Shown here: one piece after another, positions 39,241-48,675 of the stretch
How positions within the stretch are numbered: the stretch's first letter is position 1
Layout of the letters: every line of letters begins with the position of its first letter
The notes under the pieces: generated by a model
What the model was told of the DNA's origin: nothing
Database searches by the model: none
The model's input: only the letters and a program-made list of their open reading frames with translations
Position numbers and translations under genes: made by a program
NCBI GenBank assembly: GCA_963794385.1
Contig: CAWCDT010000002.1
Location: 160,596-224,595, forward strand
Direction: 5' to 3'
From: an uncultured Gaiellaceae bacterium
GTDB lineage: Bacteria; Actinomycetota; Thermoleophilia; Gaiellales; Gaiellaceae
Length of the DNA stretch: 64,000 nucleotides

Positions 39241-40407
39241 GTGCCGCGGGCGTGCGTAATCGTGCTCGATGCCGTCGGCGCGGGAGAGTTGCCCGATGCG
39301 GCCTCGTTCGGCGATGAGGGGTCGAACACGCTCGGCAACGTAGCCCGCGCCGTCGGAGGCCTCGACCTGCCCGCGCTCGAGGCGCTCGGCCTCGGCAACG
39401 TGATGCCGCTCGAGGGCTGCCCGCCGCAGCCCGGCGCGCCCGCCGTCGCCGGACGGCTGCTCGAACGCTCGAAGGGGAAGGACACGACCACCGGCCACTG
39501 GGAGCTGATGGGCATCGTCACGCCGACGCCGATGCCGACCTATCCGCACGGGTTTCCGCACGACGTCATCGACCCGTTCATGCACCGGACCGGTCGCGGC
39601 GTTCTCGGCAACAAAGCGGCGTCGGGCACCGAGATCATCCAGGAGCTCGGCGAGGAGCACCAACGCACGGGCAAGTGGATCGTCTACACCTCGGCCGACT
39701 CCGTCTTCCAGATCGCTGCGCACGAGGAGACGATCCCGCTCGAGGAGCTCTACGAGGGCTGCAAGATCGCGCGCGAGCTCCTGACCGGCAAGCATGCGGT
39801 CGGTCGGGTGATCGCGCGGCCGTTCATCGGCTCTCCGGGCAGCTACGAGCGGACGCCGAACCGGCACGACTACTCGCTCGAGCCGCGCCGGCCGAACTAC
39901 CTCTCACTGATCCGCGACGCCGGCCACAAGGTGCACGGCGTGGGCAAGATCGGCGACATCTTCGCGGGCTGCGACATCGACGATTCGCATCCGACGAAGT
40001 CGAACGTCGACGGGATCTCGAAAACCGTCGAGCTCCTGGAGCAGCTGGACAGCGGCCTCGTTTTCGTCAACCTCGTCGAGACCGACCAGCTCTGGGGGCA
40101 CCGCAACGATCCGGTCAACTTCCACCGCTGCCTGCAGGACTTCGACCGGCGCCTCGGCGACATTCTCGAGGCGCTGCGGTCCGGCGATCTGCTCATCCTC
40201 ACCTCCGACCACGGCTGCGATCCGACGACACCGTCCACCGACCATTCGCGGGAGCACGCGCTCCTGCTCGCCTACGCGGCCGGCCGGAACGCGAACGGAC
40301 ACGTTCACGAGGGGGAGTTCGGCGACGTCGGCGCGACGGTGAACGCGTGGCTCGGCGGCAAGGCTCCCGGCCGCGGCATTCCGGGAACGCCGATCATCGA
40401 GCCGTGA
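39241..40407 (+). CDS. deoB: phosphopentomutase
   Basis: 388 aa. VIVLDAVGAGELPDA, GKDTTTGHWE, LVETDQLWGHRND, and LTSDHGCDPT. Confidence 0.93.
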   Translation: MPRACVIVLDAVGAGELPDAASFGDEGSNTLGNVARAVGGLDLPALEALGLGNVMPLEGCPPQPGAPAVAGRLLERSKGKDTTTGHWELMGIVTPTPMPTYPHGFPHDVIDPFMHRTGRGVLGNKAASGTEIIQELGEEHQRTGKWIVYTSADSVFQIAAHEETIPLEELYEGCKIARELLTGKHAVGRVIARPFIGSPGSYERTPNRHDYSLEPRRPNYLSLIRDAGHKVHGVGKIGDIFAGCDIDDSHPTKSNVDGISKTVELLEQLDSGLVFVNLVETDQLWGHRNDPVNFHRCLQDFDRRLGDILEALRSGDLLILTSDHGCDPTTPSTDHSREHALLLAYAAGRNANGHVHEGEFGDVGATVNAWLGGKAPGRGIPGTPIIEP

Positions 40408-41852
40408 TCCGGCCCGCCGAGCTGATCGAGCGGAAGCGGAACGGGGAGGAGCTGCCGGCCGAAGAGATCGCCGCGCTGATCCTCGGCTATGCGCGGGGCG
40501 AGGTTCCCGACTACCAGCTCGCCGCGTTCTGCATGGCCGTCTACTTCCGCGGTATGACCGCCGCGGAGACGTACGCGCTCACGGACGCGATGATCCGCAG
40601 CGGCCGCACGCTCGACCTCGGCGGCGCGCTGGGGCGCAAGGTCGTCGACAAGCATTCGACCGGCGGGGTCGGGGACAAGACGACGATCGCGGTCGGCCCC
40701 ATCGTCGCCGCGTGTGGCGTCCCGGTCGGCAAGATGAGTGGCCGCGGGCTCGGCCACACCGGCGGCACGCTCGACAAGCTCGAGTCGATCCCCGGCTACG
40801 AGGTCGAGCTCCCGGTCGACGACTTCGTCTCGCAGGTCAAGGACGTCGGGCTCGCAATCGTCGGCCAGACCGACGACCTCGTCCCGGCCGACAAACAGCT
40901 CTACGGCCTCCGCGACGTGACAGCGACGGTCGACATCCTGCCGCTGATCGCCTCATCGATCATGTCGAAGAAGATCGCCGGCGGCGCGGATGCGATCGTG
41001 CTCGACGTCAAGGTCGGCGACGGTGCGTTCATGAAGACGCTCGACGACGCGCGCTCGCTCGCGGAGGCGATGCTCGAGCTCGGCGAGCGGGCGGGCCGCG
41101 AGGTCGTCTGTCTGCTGACCGACATGGACCAGCCCCTCGGCGCCGCCGTCGGCAACGCGCTCGAGATCGTGGAGGCGCGCGACACCGTGTGCGGGGAGGG
41201 ACCTGCGGACTTCACCGAGCTCGTCCTGGACGCATGCGCCCGATTGCTGGCCCTCTCGGATCTCGGCGTCGACGTCGACGAGGGTCGTCGCCGCGCCGAG
41301 GCCGCGGTCGCCGACGGATCAGCGCTCGCGCTCTACGAGCGCTGGATCCGGGCGCAGGGCGGCGATCCGGACCCCGCCGCGTTGCCGCGGGCTCCGGTCG
41401 TCCTGCCGGTCGAGGCGCCGCGGGGCGGCAGCGTGACCCGGCTCGGCGCGATCGCTGTCGGGATCGCGGCGTTGCATCTCGGCGCCGGGCGCCGCGCGAA
41501 AGGAGACGAGATCGACCACGCCGTCGGCGTCGTCTGCCACGTCAAGCGCGGCGCGCGCGTCGGTGCGGGCGACGTGCTCGCCGAGGTGCACGCGCGGGAC
41601 GAGGCGAGTGGGCAGGAGGCGGTGGAGGCCGTCCTCGCCGCCTACGACCTCGGCGACGAGCCTCCGCGCGACCGGACGCTCTCGATGGGCCTCTCGATCA
41701 GGCAGGAGTGTCCCGAGCGCGACCGCATCGGCCTCGAGCGTCCGGACGAGCGGATCCCCGACCTCGCCTGGATGGTCGTGCGGCTGCGCGCCTACGACCC
41801 GGCGATTCGCGGCCGTGTCACCTACCCGGCCTTCTTCCGCCGCCTCCGCCCG
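40404..41852 (+). CDS. pdp: pyrimidine-nucleoside (thymidine) phosphorylase. The ORF has no stop codon and continues in frame into mutM
   Basis: The GTG at 40404 overlaps the deoB stop. Motifs are DKHSTGGVGDKT, SGRGLGHTGGTLDKLE and SIMSKK. The homologous part ends near 41680. A 58-codon extension with coding-like GC3 then runs to the mutM ATG. Confidence 0.85.
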
Positions 41853-42683
41853 ATGCCTGAGCTTCCGGAGGTCGAGTCGATCAGGCGCTCGATCGCGCCG
41901 GTGCTGGAGGGCCGGAAGTTCGTCCGCGTCGAGATCGAGGATGCGCGCCTGACGCGGCCGGAGGATCCCGACGAGGTCGCGGCGGAGCTCACCGGCGAGC
42001 GCGTCGACCACGTCGACCGGCGCGGCAAGTACCTGATCCTTCGCTTCGCCTCCGGCCGCGCGCTGCTCATCCACCTGCGCATGACCGGGACGCTCTTACG
42101 GGAGCCGAGCGGGAGCACGCATATTCGCGCGGTCGTCGGGCTCGACGACGGCACGGAGCTCGGCTACCGAGACGTACGCCGCTTCGGCACCTGGCTCCTG
42201 CTCGAGCCGGGAGAGCTCGAGCCCTACCTCGGCACCCGAGTCGGCGGCGAGCCGCTCGTCGCCGCCTTCACCGCGAAGGGCCTCGGCGAGCGGCTGGAGG
42301 GCCGACGCGCGCCGCTGAAGTCCGCCCTGCTCGACCAGCGGACGCTTGCGGGGCTCGGGAACATCTACGTCGACGAGGCGCTGTGGTACGCGCGCCTGCA
42401 CCCGCTGCGACCGGCCGGCTCGCTCGACCGGAACGAGCTGCGGCGGCTGCACCGGGCGATCCGGCGCTCGCTCGAGCTCGGGATCGCCCGCCAGGGCTCG
42501 ACCCTGACGGATTACCGACTGCCGGACGGCAGCTCGGGCTCGATGCAGAAGGAGTTCAGGGCCTACGGCCGCACCGGCGAGCCCTGCGACCGTTGTGGCA
42601 CCATCCTGGCGAAGATCCGTGTCGCCGGCCGCGGCACGTGGTTCTGCCCGCAGTGCCAGCCCTCCCCGGCCGAAGCCAAGTAA
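41853..42683 (+). CDS. mutM: formamidopyrimidine-DNA glycosylase
   Basis: MPELPEVE N-terminus, the H2TH region LLDQRTLAGLGNIYVDEAL, and the zinc finger CDRCG...CPQC. Its stop TAA lies inside palindrome copy 2. Confidence 0.9.
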   Translation: MPELPEVESIRRSIAPVLEGRKFVRVEIEDARLTRPEDPDEVAAELTGERVDHVDRRGKYLILRFASGRALLIHLRMTGTLLREPSGSTHIRAVVGLDDGTELGYRDVRRFGTWLLLEPGELEPYLGTRVGGEPLVAAFTAKGLGERLEGRRAPLKSALLDQRTLAGLGNIYVDEALWYARLHPLRPAGSLDRNELRRLHRAIRRSLELGIARQGSTLTDYRLPDGSSGSMQKEFRAYGRTGEPCDRCGTILAKIRVAGRGTWFCPQCQPSPAEAK

Positions 42684-42699
42684 CAGTCTGTTACTAGGC
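42675..42699. repeat. AT-rich palindrome, copy 2 (GCCAAGTAACAG-T-CTGTTACTAGGC, one arm mismatch)
   Basis: Read directly. A replaces T at 42696, which turns the reverse-strand stop from TAA into TAG. Confidence 0.93.
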
Positions 42700-42948
42700 C
42701 GCGAGGCGCTCGTCGAGCGTGCCCGACTTGTCGAGCCGCCAGAGCTCGGTGTAGCCGCCCACAGGCGTGCCGTCGATCACGATCTGCGGCACGGTCCAGC
42801 CGCCCGTCAGCTCGTGGATGCGGGCGCGGAAGGCGGGATCGCCGTCGAGCGAGATCTCCTCGTACTCGATCCCCTTGTCGTCGAGGAGCGCCTTCGCCCG
42901 GACGCAGTAGCCGCACCAGCGGGTCGAGTAGATCTGGATCCGGCTCAT
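42694..42948 (-). CDS. glutaredoxin (NrdH/Grx-like)
   Basis: MSRIQIYSTRWCGYCVRAKALL with the CGYC active site, TVPQIVIDG, and GGY. I prefer the ATG at 42948 over the TTG at 42960. Confidence 0.85.
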   Translation of the reverse strand: MSRIQIYSTRWCGYCVRAKALLDDKGIEYEEISLDGDPAFRARIHELTGGWTVPQIVIDGTPVGGYTELWRLDKSGTLDERLAA

Positions 42949-43012
42949 GTGGGGGTGCAACGTAGCGGAAGCCCGATCGGGTTCCGTCGCGGGCGCGGCC
43001 TAGACTCGGAGG

Positions 43013-43754
43013 ATGGCGCGCACCTACAGGACGGAGGCGGTCGTGCTGCGCTCGTTCCGGCTCGGCGAGGCGGACCGGGTGCTGCACGCCTACACCGCCG
43101 ACGCGCGGTCGCGTCGGAGCGGTCGCGAAGGGCGTCCGGCGGACGAAGTCCCGCTTCGGAGCCAGGCTCGAGCCGCTTTCGCACGTGGAGCTGATGCTGC
43201 ACCAGGGCTCGGGCGAGCTGCAGACGGTCACGGGCGCCGACCTGCGCGCGTCCCACCACGAGTCGCGCGAAGATCCCTACCGGCTCTCGGTGGGCCTCAT
43301 CGGGGCGGAAGCCATGCTGCGCCTCTTCCCCGAGCAGGAGGCGAACGAGCGCGCCTTTACCGCGCTCACCCGCTTCCTCGACCGGCTCGACGAGATTCCG
43401 TCGCGGGCGCCGGCCCGGCCCGCGCTCGATCCGCTCGTTCTCTCCTTCCAGCTGAAGCTGCTCTGGCTCTCCGGCTATCTCCCACACCTGGACAGCTGCG
43501 TCGAGTGCGGGGCGGAAGAGGGCCTCGTCGGGTATCAGCCCTCGGCGGGCGGCGCCGTCTGCCGTGCCTGCGGGCCCGGCGCGATCGCACTCTCGCCGGA
43601 AGGGCTGCGCGGGATGCGCGTGCTGCTCGCCACGCCGCTCGCCGACGCGCACGAGGCCGGCCTGACCGACCGCGGCGCACGCGAGACGGTCGCGCTCGTG
43701 ACGGCGTCGTACGAGCACCACGGCGGTTTCCGCCTACGGACGCTAACCGCGTGA
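43013..43754 (+). pseudogene. recO: DNA repair protein RecO with one +1 frame break near 43103 (possibly a sequence error)
   Basis: The N-terminus MARTYRTEAVVLRSFRLGEADRVLHAYTAD is in frame 2. RGRVGAVAKGVRRTKSRFGARLEP and the rest, including the zinc motif CVECG...CRAC, are in frame 0 (ORF 43185..43754). Confidence 0.85.
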
Positions 43755-44179
43755 AGAAGCAGCTGGCGCGCGGCTACGAGCTCGACGACGACACCGGCCG
43801 CATCGACCGCGAAGTCGTCCACCGATTCATCTCGGAGGAGTCGTACTGGGCATTCCGCCGCGAGCGCGACGTGATGGACGGGCTGATCGACCGCGCGGCG
43901 CGGAACGTCGGCCTCTACGCGCCCGACGGATCGCTCGTCGGGTACTCGCGCACCGTCGACGCCGCCGACGCGTGGCTCGTCTACCTCGCGGACGTCTTCG
44001 TACTCGAGGGTCACCGCGGCAGCGGGCTCGGAGTGGAGCTCGTCCGCTTCACTGTGGACGAAGGCCCGTACGCCGGCCGGCGCTGGCTGCTGCACACAGC
44101 CGACGCGCACGGCCTCTACGAGAAGCTCGGCTTTGCGCCGGACGAACGCCTACTCGCGCGGCCGGCCCGCTCAGCCTGA
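43751..44179 (+). CDS. GNAT family N-acetyltransferase
   Basis: GTGA overlap with the recO stop. 142 aa. VFVLEGHRGSGLGVELV and HGLYEKLGF. Confidence 0.8.
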   Translation: MKKQLARGYELDDDTGRIDREVVHRFISEESYWAFRRERDVMDGLIDRAARNVGLYAPDGSLVGYSRTVDAADAWLVYLADVFVLEGHRGSGLGVELVRFTVDEGPYAGRRWLLHTADAHGLYEKLGFAPDERLLARPARSA

Positions 44180-45547
44180 CTTCGGCGTGCGCCAGTCGGT
44201 GGCGAGCAGCTCGGCGATCTTCGTCCGCGCGCCGCCGAGCGGGATCCGCTCTTGCGCGAGCGAGTCGCGGTCGCGGAGGGTGACCGTGTCGTCTGCCAGC
44301 GTCTGCTCGTCGATCGTGAGCGCGTAGGGCGTCCCGATCTCGTCCTGTCGGCGGTAGCGCCGGCCGATCGCGCCGTTGTCGTCGTACTCGACGCTGAAGT
44401 GGCGGCGCAGCTCCTCGTAGATCGCGCGGGCCTTCTCGACCATCGCGGCGTCTTTCGCGATCAGCGGCAGCACCGCCGCCTTCACCGGCGCCAGCCGCGG
44501 GTGGAGGCGAAGCACGGTCCGCTCGCGCTCGCCGACGACCTCCTCGTCGTACGCGTCGATCAGGAACGTGAGCATCGAGCGGTTGACGCCGAGCGCCGGC
44601 TCGATCACGTGCGGGACGAACCGCTCGCCCGAGCCGGCGTCGACCCACTCGAGCTTCGTCCCCGACGCGTTCGTGTGCTGCGTCAGGTCGAAGGCGCCGC
44701 GGTTCGCGATCCCCTCCAGCTCCGACCAGCCCATCGGGAAGAGGTACTCGATGTCGCTCGTGCCGCGCGAGTAGTGGGAGAGCTCGTCCGCATCGTGCGG
44801 ACGCGCGCGCAGATGGCTCTCGCGCACGCCGTAGCGGAGGTGCCACGCGAGCCGTTCATCGACCCAGTAGCGGTACCATTCCTCGGCCTCGTCCGGGGGC
44901 ACGAAGTACTCCATCTCCATCTGCTCGAACTCGAGCGTCCGGAAGATGAAGTTGCCGGGCGTGATCTCGTTCCGGAACGCCTTGCCGATCTGCGCGATCC
45001 CGAACGGCGGCTTGCGGCGCGCTATCTGGGCGACGTTCTTGAAGTTGAGGAAGATCCCCTGCGCCGTCTCGGGGCGAAGGTACACGTCGAGGCCCGTCTC
45101 CTCGACGGCGCCGACCCGCGTCTTGAACATCAGGTTGAACTGCCGCGGCTCGGTCAGGTCGCAGTCGGGCGTCTCGCCCGGCCGCTTGCTCGGCTTGCGC
45201 CCGCAGCGAACCTCCTCGTGCTCGGGGTCCGTCATGTGGTCGGCGCGGAAGCGCTGCTTACAGGTGCGGCAGTCGACGAGCGGGTCGCTGAAGCCGCTCA
45301 CGTGGCCGGAGGCTTGCCAGACCTCGGGATGGAGGATGATCGAGGAGTCGAGCGCGACGATGTCGTCTCGCTCGCGCACCATCGCCTCCAGCCAGCGTGC
45401 CTTGACGTTGTCCTTCAGGAGAACGCCGTAGTGGCCGTAGTCGTACGACGACGCGAGGCCGCCGTAGATCTCGGAGGAGGGGAAGACGAAGCCGCGCCGG
45501 CGGCAGAGCGAGACGATCTTGTCCATGGTGACGACGTCGGTGCTCAC
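44171..45547 (-). CDS. glyQS: glycine--tRNA ligase (dimeric class II type)
   Basis: 458 aa. MDKIVSLCRRRGFVFPSSEIYGG, FRNEITPGNFIFRTLEFEQMEMEYF, and the anticodon-binding C-terminus. Confidence 0.95.
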   Translation of the reverse strand: MSTDVVTMDKIVSLCRRRGFVFPSSEIYGGLASSYDYGHYGVLLKDNVKARWLEAMVRERDDIVALDSSIILHPEVWQASGHVSGFSDPLVDCRTCKQRFRADHMTDPEHEEVRCGRKPSKRPGETPDCDLTEPRQFNLMFKTRVGAVEETGLDVYLRPETAQGIFLNFKNVAQIARRKPPFGIAQIGKAFRNEITPGNFIFRTLEFEQMEMEYFVPPDEAEEWYRYWVDERLAWHLRYGVRESHLRARPHDADELSHYSRGTSDIEYLFPMGWSELEGIANRGAFDLTQHTNASGTKLEWVDAGSGERFVPHVIEPALGVNRSMLTFLIDAYDEEVVGERERTVLRLHPRLAPVKAAVLPLIAKDAAMVEKARAIYEELRRHFSVEYDDNGAIGRRYRRQDEIGTPYALTIDEQTLADDTVTLRDRDSLAQERIPLGGARTKIAELLATDWRTPKSG

Positions 45548-45573
45548 GGTGCGCAGAGGCTAGCCTCTCGGCC

Positions 45574-46404
45574 GTGAACACCGCGCGCGAGGTCGTCGAG
45601 CTCCACATCGTCTCCGATTCGACCGGAGAAACCGCTGCGCGCCTGGTCGCGGCGCTCGAGGCGCAGTTCCCGGAGCAGCCGTTCGAGGAGGTGCGGCATC
45701 CCCAGATCGAGACGCTCGACGACCTCCGGCTCGCCGTCAGCCGGGCGAAGGGCCGGCCCGCCGTGATGGTGTACACGCTCGTCGACCGCGGCCTGCGCGA
45801 GTCGATGCGCTCGCTCTGCCGCAGCGGCCGCCTCCACTACTGCGACCTGCTCGGACACCCGATCGAGTCGATCGCGAAGGTGTCGGGGATGGCCGCGAAG
45901 ATGAAGCCGGGCGCGCGACCGCCCCTCAACTCCGCCTACTTCAAGCGGATGGAGGCGATCGAGTTCGCGGTCAAGCACGACGACGGCGTCGGCAGCGGCC
46001 TGCCCGACGCGGACGTCGTCCTCGTCGGCGTCTCACGCACGTCGAAGACGCCGCTCTCGATCTACCTCGGCTACCTGGGCCACAAGGCGGCGAACGTGCC
46101 GGTCGTGAAGGGGATCAAGCCGCCCTCGGAGCTCTATTCGATCGATCCGCTCAAAGTCGTTGGCCTGACGATTGACGCCCAGCGGCTGGCGGAGATCCGC
46201 TCCGCGCGCGTGCGCGGGATGGGCGGTGAGAACCGGCAGTACGCGGGCCTCGTCGAGATCTACGACGAGCTCGAGCAGGCCGCCGCGCTGCATCGGCGCC
46301 TGGGCTGCCCGGTGATCGACGTCACCGGCCTCTCGATCGAGGAGACGGCCCACCGCGTCGTCCGCCTGGTCGACCGGCGGCGGCAGGGAGCGCGTGCGAC
46401 CTGA
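45574..46404 (+). CDS. pyruvate, phosphate dikinase regulatory protein (PDRP, kinase/pyrophosphorylase)
   Basis: 276 aa. HIVSDSTGETA, the P-loop VLVGVSRTSKTPLSIYL, and DVTGLSIEETA. Confidence 0.9.
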   Translation: MNTAREVVELHIVSDSTGETAARLVAALEAQFPEQPFEEVRHPQIETLDDLRLAVSRAKGRPAVMVYTLVDRGLRESMRSLCRSGRLHYCDLLGHPIESIAKVSGMAAKMKPGARPPLNSAYFKRMEAIEFAVKHDDGVGSGLPDADVVLVGVSRTSKTPLSIYLGYLGHKAANVPVVKGIKPPSELYSIDPLKVVGLTIDAQRLAEIRSARVRGMGGENRQYAGLVEIYDELEQAAALHRRLGCPVIDVTGLSIEETAHRVVRLVDRRRQGARAT

Positions 46405-46576
46405 GAGCGGGAAGCCTCCGGTGCCGGCCTGGCGCTGGGGCGTGTGGTGGCTCATCCTCGGCGCGGCCGTCGTCGTCTTCTACGTGCTCCTGACGCCGCT
46501 CTGGCTCGGCCTCCGGGCCGCGGCGTGGGCGGCCGAGTGGCGCTCGAGGCGGCGGAGGGCCGCGCCGAGCGACTGA
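46394..46576 (+). CDS. possible 60-aa membrane protein (weak call)
   Basis: It has a TM-like stretch, WWLILGAAVVVFYVLLTPLWLGL. It overlaps the 3' end of the LigD-Pol gene on the opposite strand by 97 nt and has no homology support. Confidence 0.25.
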   Translation: MRPESGKPPVPAWRWGVWWLILGAAVVVFYVLLTPLWLGLRAAAWAAEWRSRRRRAAPSD

Positions 46577-47424
46577 CCGCCGGCGAGCACCGGCTCGAAG
46601 AGGTCGCCCTCCTTCTCGACCCGCCGCAGCACGGCCTCGATCGTGAACCGGCCCGGGTCGAGCTTCGGCGTCACCTCCTCCCAGCGGAGCGGCGTCGACA
46701 CCGGCGCGCCCTCCTTCGGCCGCACCGAGTAGGCGGAGGCGATCGTCTTGCCGGCGCCGTTCTGGTGGTAGTCGATGAGGACGCCGACGCGCTTCCGCTT
46801 CAGCCACTCGGTCGTGACGACCCCGGGGTTCTCGGCGGCAAGCCGTTTCGAGACGAGCTCCGCGAAGCGGTGGGTGTCCGGGAACGAGTACCGGCGCGTC
46901 ACGGGCACGAGGATGTGAATGCCCTCCGAGCCGCTCGTCTTCACGTACGAGCGGAGCTCGAGCTCCTCGAGCACCGTGCGCACGAGCAGGGCCGCCTTGA
47001 TCCCCAGCCGGAACTCGCCGTCCGGCGGGTCGAGGTCGAAGAGGACGAAGTCCGGCCGCGTCGGCTTGTCGACGCGCGAGTACCAGGCGTTCATGTCGAC
47101 GCAGTTCATCTGCACCATCCAGAGGACCGCCTCGGGCGAGTTGAGCAACGGGAAGTCGACGAGCCGTGACTCTCCTTTGCGCGGATAGGTCCGGAACTGC
47201 CGCGTCGGGATCCAGTCCGGCATGCCTTTCGGCGCCTGCTTCTGGAAGTACGCCTCGCCGTGGATGCCGTGGGGCCAGCGCTTCATCGTGAACGGCCGGT
47301 CACGGAGATGCGGCACGAGGACGGGCGCGATGCGGCCGTAGTAGTCGAAGAGGTCGCCCTTCGTGAGCCCGCTCTCGGGGTAGAGGACGCGCTCGGCGCT
47401 CGTGAGCCTCACCTCGCGGGCCAT
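46480..47424 (-). CDS. stand-alone NHEJ polymerase/primase domain protein (LigD Pol domain)
   Basis: 314 aa. VLYPESGLTKGDLFDYY, FDLDP, KTSGSEGIHILVP, and IDYHQNGAGKTIASAYSVR. No ligase domain, nuclease domain or Ku gene nearby. Confidence 0.88.
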   Translation of the reverse strand: MAREVRLTSAERVLYPESGLTKGDLFDYYGRIAPVLVPHLRDRPFTMKRWPHGIHGEAYFQKQAPKGMPDWIPTRQFRTYPRKGESRLVDFPLLNSPEAVLWMVQMNCVDMNAWYSRVDKPTRPDFVLFDLDPPDGEFRLGIKAALLVRTVLEELELRSYVKTSGSEGIHILVPVTRRYSFPDTHRFAELVSKRLAAENPGVVTTEWLKRKRVGVLIDYHQNGAGKTIASAYSVRPKEGAPVSTPLRWEEVTPKLDPGRFTIEAVLRRVEKEGDLFEPVLAGGQSLGAALRRLERHSAAHAAARRPSQSGVRST

Positions 47425-47460
47425 GCCGCCGAGTATGGCAAGACGGGGCGGCCGGCTCGG

Positions 47461-47483
47461 CCAAGTAACAGACTGTTACTTGG
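47461..47483. repeat. AT-rich palindrome, copy 3 (CCAAGTAACAG-A-CTGTTACTTGG)
   Basis: Read directly. It lies 36 nt upstream of the LigD-Pol start codon and contains the stop (reverse TAA, 47476-47478) of the kinase-like gene. Confidence 0.95.
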
Positions 47484-48001
47484 TGGCGCTCTCGAGCCAG
47501 CGCTCGACCTCGCGCGGCGAGCGCAGGCGTACGACCGGATACGGCACGAGCTGCACGGCATAGCGCCTGCGCCGGTCGAAGTGCATCCGGAAGGCCCAGA
47601 CGAAGAGCGACTCGCGGCCCCAGAATGTTGCGCACCCCTCAGGCTCTCGGTGTTGTCGTTCCAGAGCTGTTCTCGCCCGACGGATCCGCCGCCAGGTGCG
47701 GCGCATGAGGCGCGGAAGCCAGACCCGGATCGGCAGGTCGAGCCAGACGACGAGGTCGGCGTTACGGAGCACGAGGTCGCCGAGCTTGCTCCGGTAGGTG
47801 CCGTCGATCACCCAGCGTTCCTCAGCGACGAGGGGCTCCACGCTGCTCCCGGAGCTCGTCGTCAGGCGTCTCGACCCAGTTCGGGCCGTGCACAAGGGCA
47901 TCCAGCTCGACGAAGGGCACGTCCAGTCGGCGCGCGAGCTCGCGTCCGAGCGTCGTCTTGCCGTTTCCGCTCGCGCTCGCGACGATCGCGACCTTCCTCA
48001 C
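47476..48001 (-). pseudogene. P-loop kinase (adenylate kinase / FlaR-like) with one extra base near 47842 (possibly a sequence error)
   Basis: The GTG at 48001 overlaps the upstream stop (GTGA). The P-loop part VRKVAIVASASGNGKTTLGRELARRL lies in the tail of ORF 47822..48496. The remainder, VEPLVAEERWVIDGTY..., lies in ORF 47476..47901. Confidence 0.7.
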
Positions 48002-48675
48002 AGGAGCCGAGCCTCCAGCGGCTCCTCGCCGTGGCGTGTGACCCGGTAGCCGCGGGCGCCCTCGCGCTGGCTCACGAGCTCGCGCAGCTCGGTGCCTTCG
48101 AAGCAGAACGCCGCGTCGTCGTCGGCGGCGTAGCCGGCCGGAAGCGTTCCCTCGGCGACGAGCCGCGTAAATGCAGGCCGCCGCTCCGGCTCGCCGTCGT
48201 AGTGCGGGCAGAAGCTCCCCGAGAGGAGGCCGAGGCCGCCGCCGAGCGGGCGCAAACTGGGCCCGAACGAGTCGGTGACCGAGTCCTCGAACCAGCAGTT
48301 TGCGCCGGCGCTCATCCCGCCGAGGACGGCGCCGCGCTCCCAGGCAGCGCGGAGCGCGCGGTCGACCCCGTGCACACGCCAGATCGCGAGCATGTTCGCC
48401 GTGTTGCCGCCGCCGACGTAGATCACGTCCTGCCGGGCGACGTGCGCCGCGGGCTCCTCCGGCATGCCGAACAGCTCGAGGTGACTCGGCTCGCACCCAC
48501 GTCCGCGGAAGGCCTCGTAGAAGAGCTCGACGCGCTCGGGGAGGTGCGCCGACGCGGTGCCGACGTAACAGACCCTCGGTCGCTTCGACCCAGCAAGCTC
48601 GAGCATGAGCTCGTCGATCCGCGATTCAGGGTGGAGCAGCGCCCCGCCGCCCATGGCAAGGATCTGGCCGGCCAC
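47998..48675 (-). CDS. peptidase E (S51 family dipeptidase)
   Basis: ILAMGGG, VIYVGGGNTANML, and the nucleophile context LGGMSAGANCW. I chose the GTG at 48675 (alternative ATG at 48654), because the ORF upstream of it overlaps the ppdK start. Confidence 0.8.
   Translation of the reverse strand: MAGQILAMGGGALLHPESRIDELMLELAGSKRPRVCYVGTASAHLPERVELFYEAFRGRGCEPSHLELFGMPEEPAAHVARQDVIYVGGGNTANMLAIWRVHGVDRALRAAWERGAVLGGMSAGANCWFEDSVTDSFGPSLRPLGGGLGLLSGSFCPHYDGEPERRPAFTRLVAEGTLPAGYAADDDAAFCFEGTELRELVSQREGARGYRVTRHGEEPLEARLL

Noticed and set aside
39675-40403. The 5' part of the 1002-aa ORF 39675..42683.
   Set aside because: It is an alternate frame of deoB with an Arg-rich translation. The real pdp starts at the GTG at 40404, overlapping the deoB stop.
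48565-48573. GTAACAGAC, a 9-nt match to one arm plus the centre of the palindrome, inside the peptidase E gene.
   Set aside because: It is only a half-site with no complementary arm, and it encodes an ordinary V-C-Y. A single 9-mer match could be chance. It is worth counting half-sites only in a genome-wide survey.
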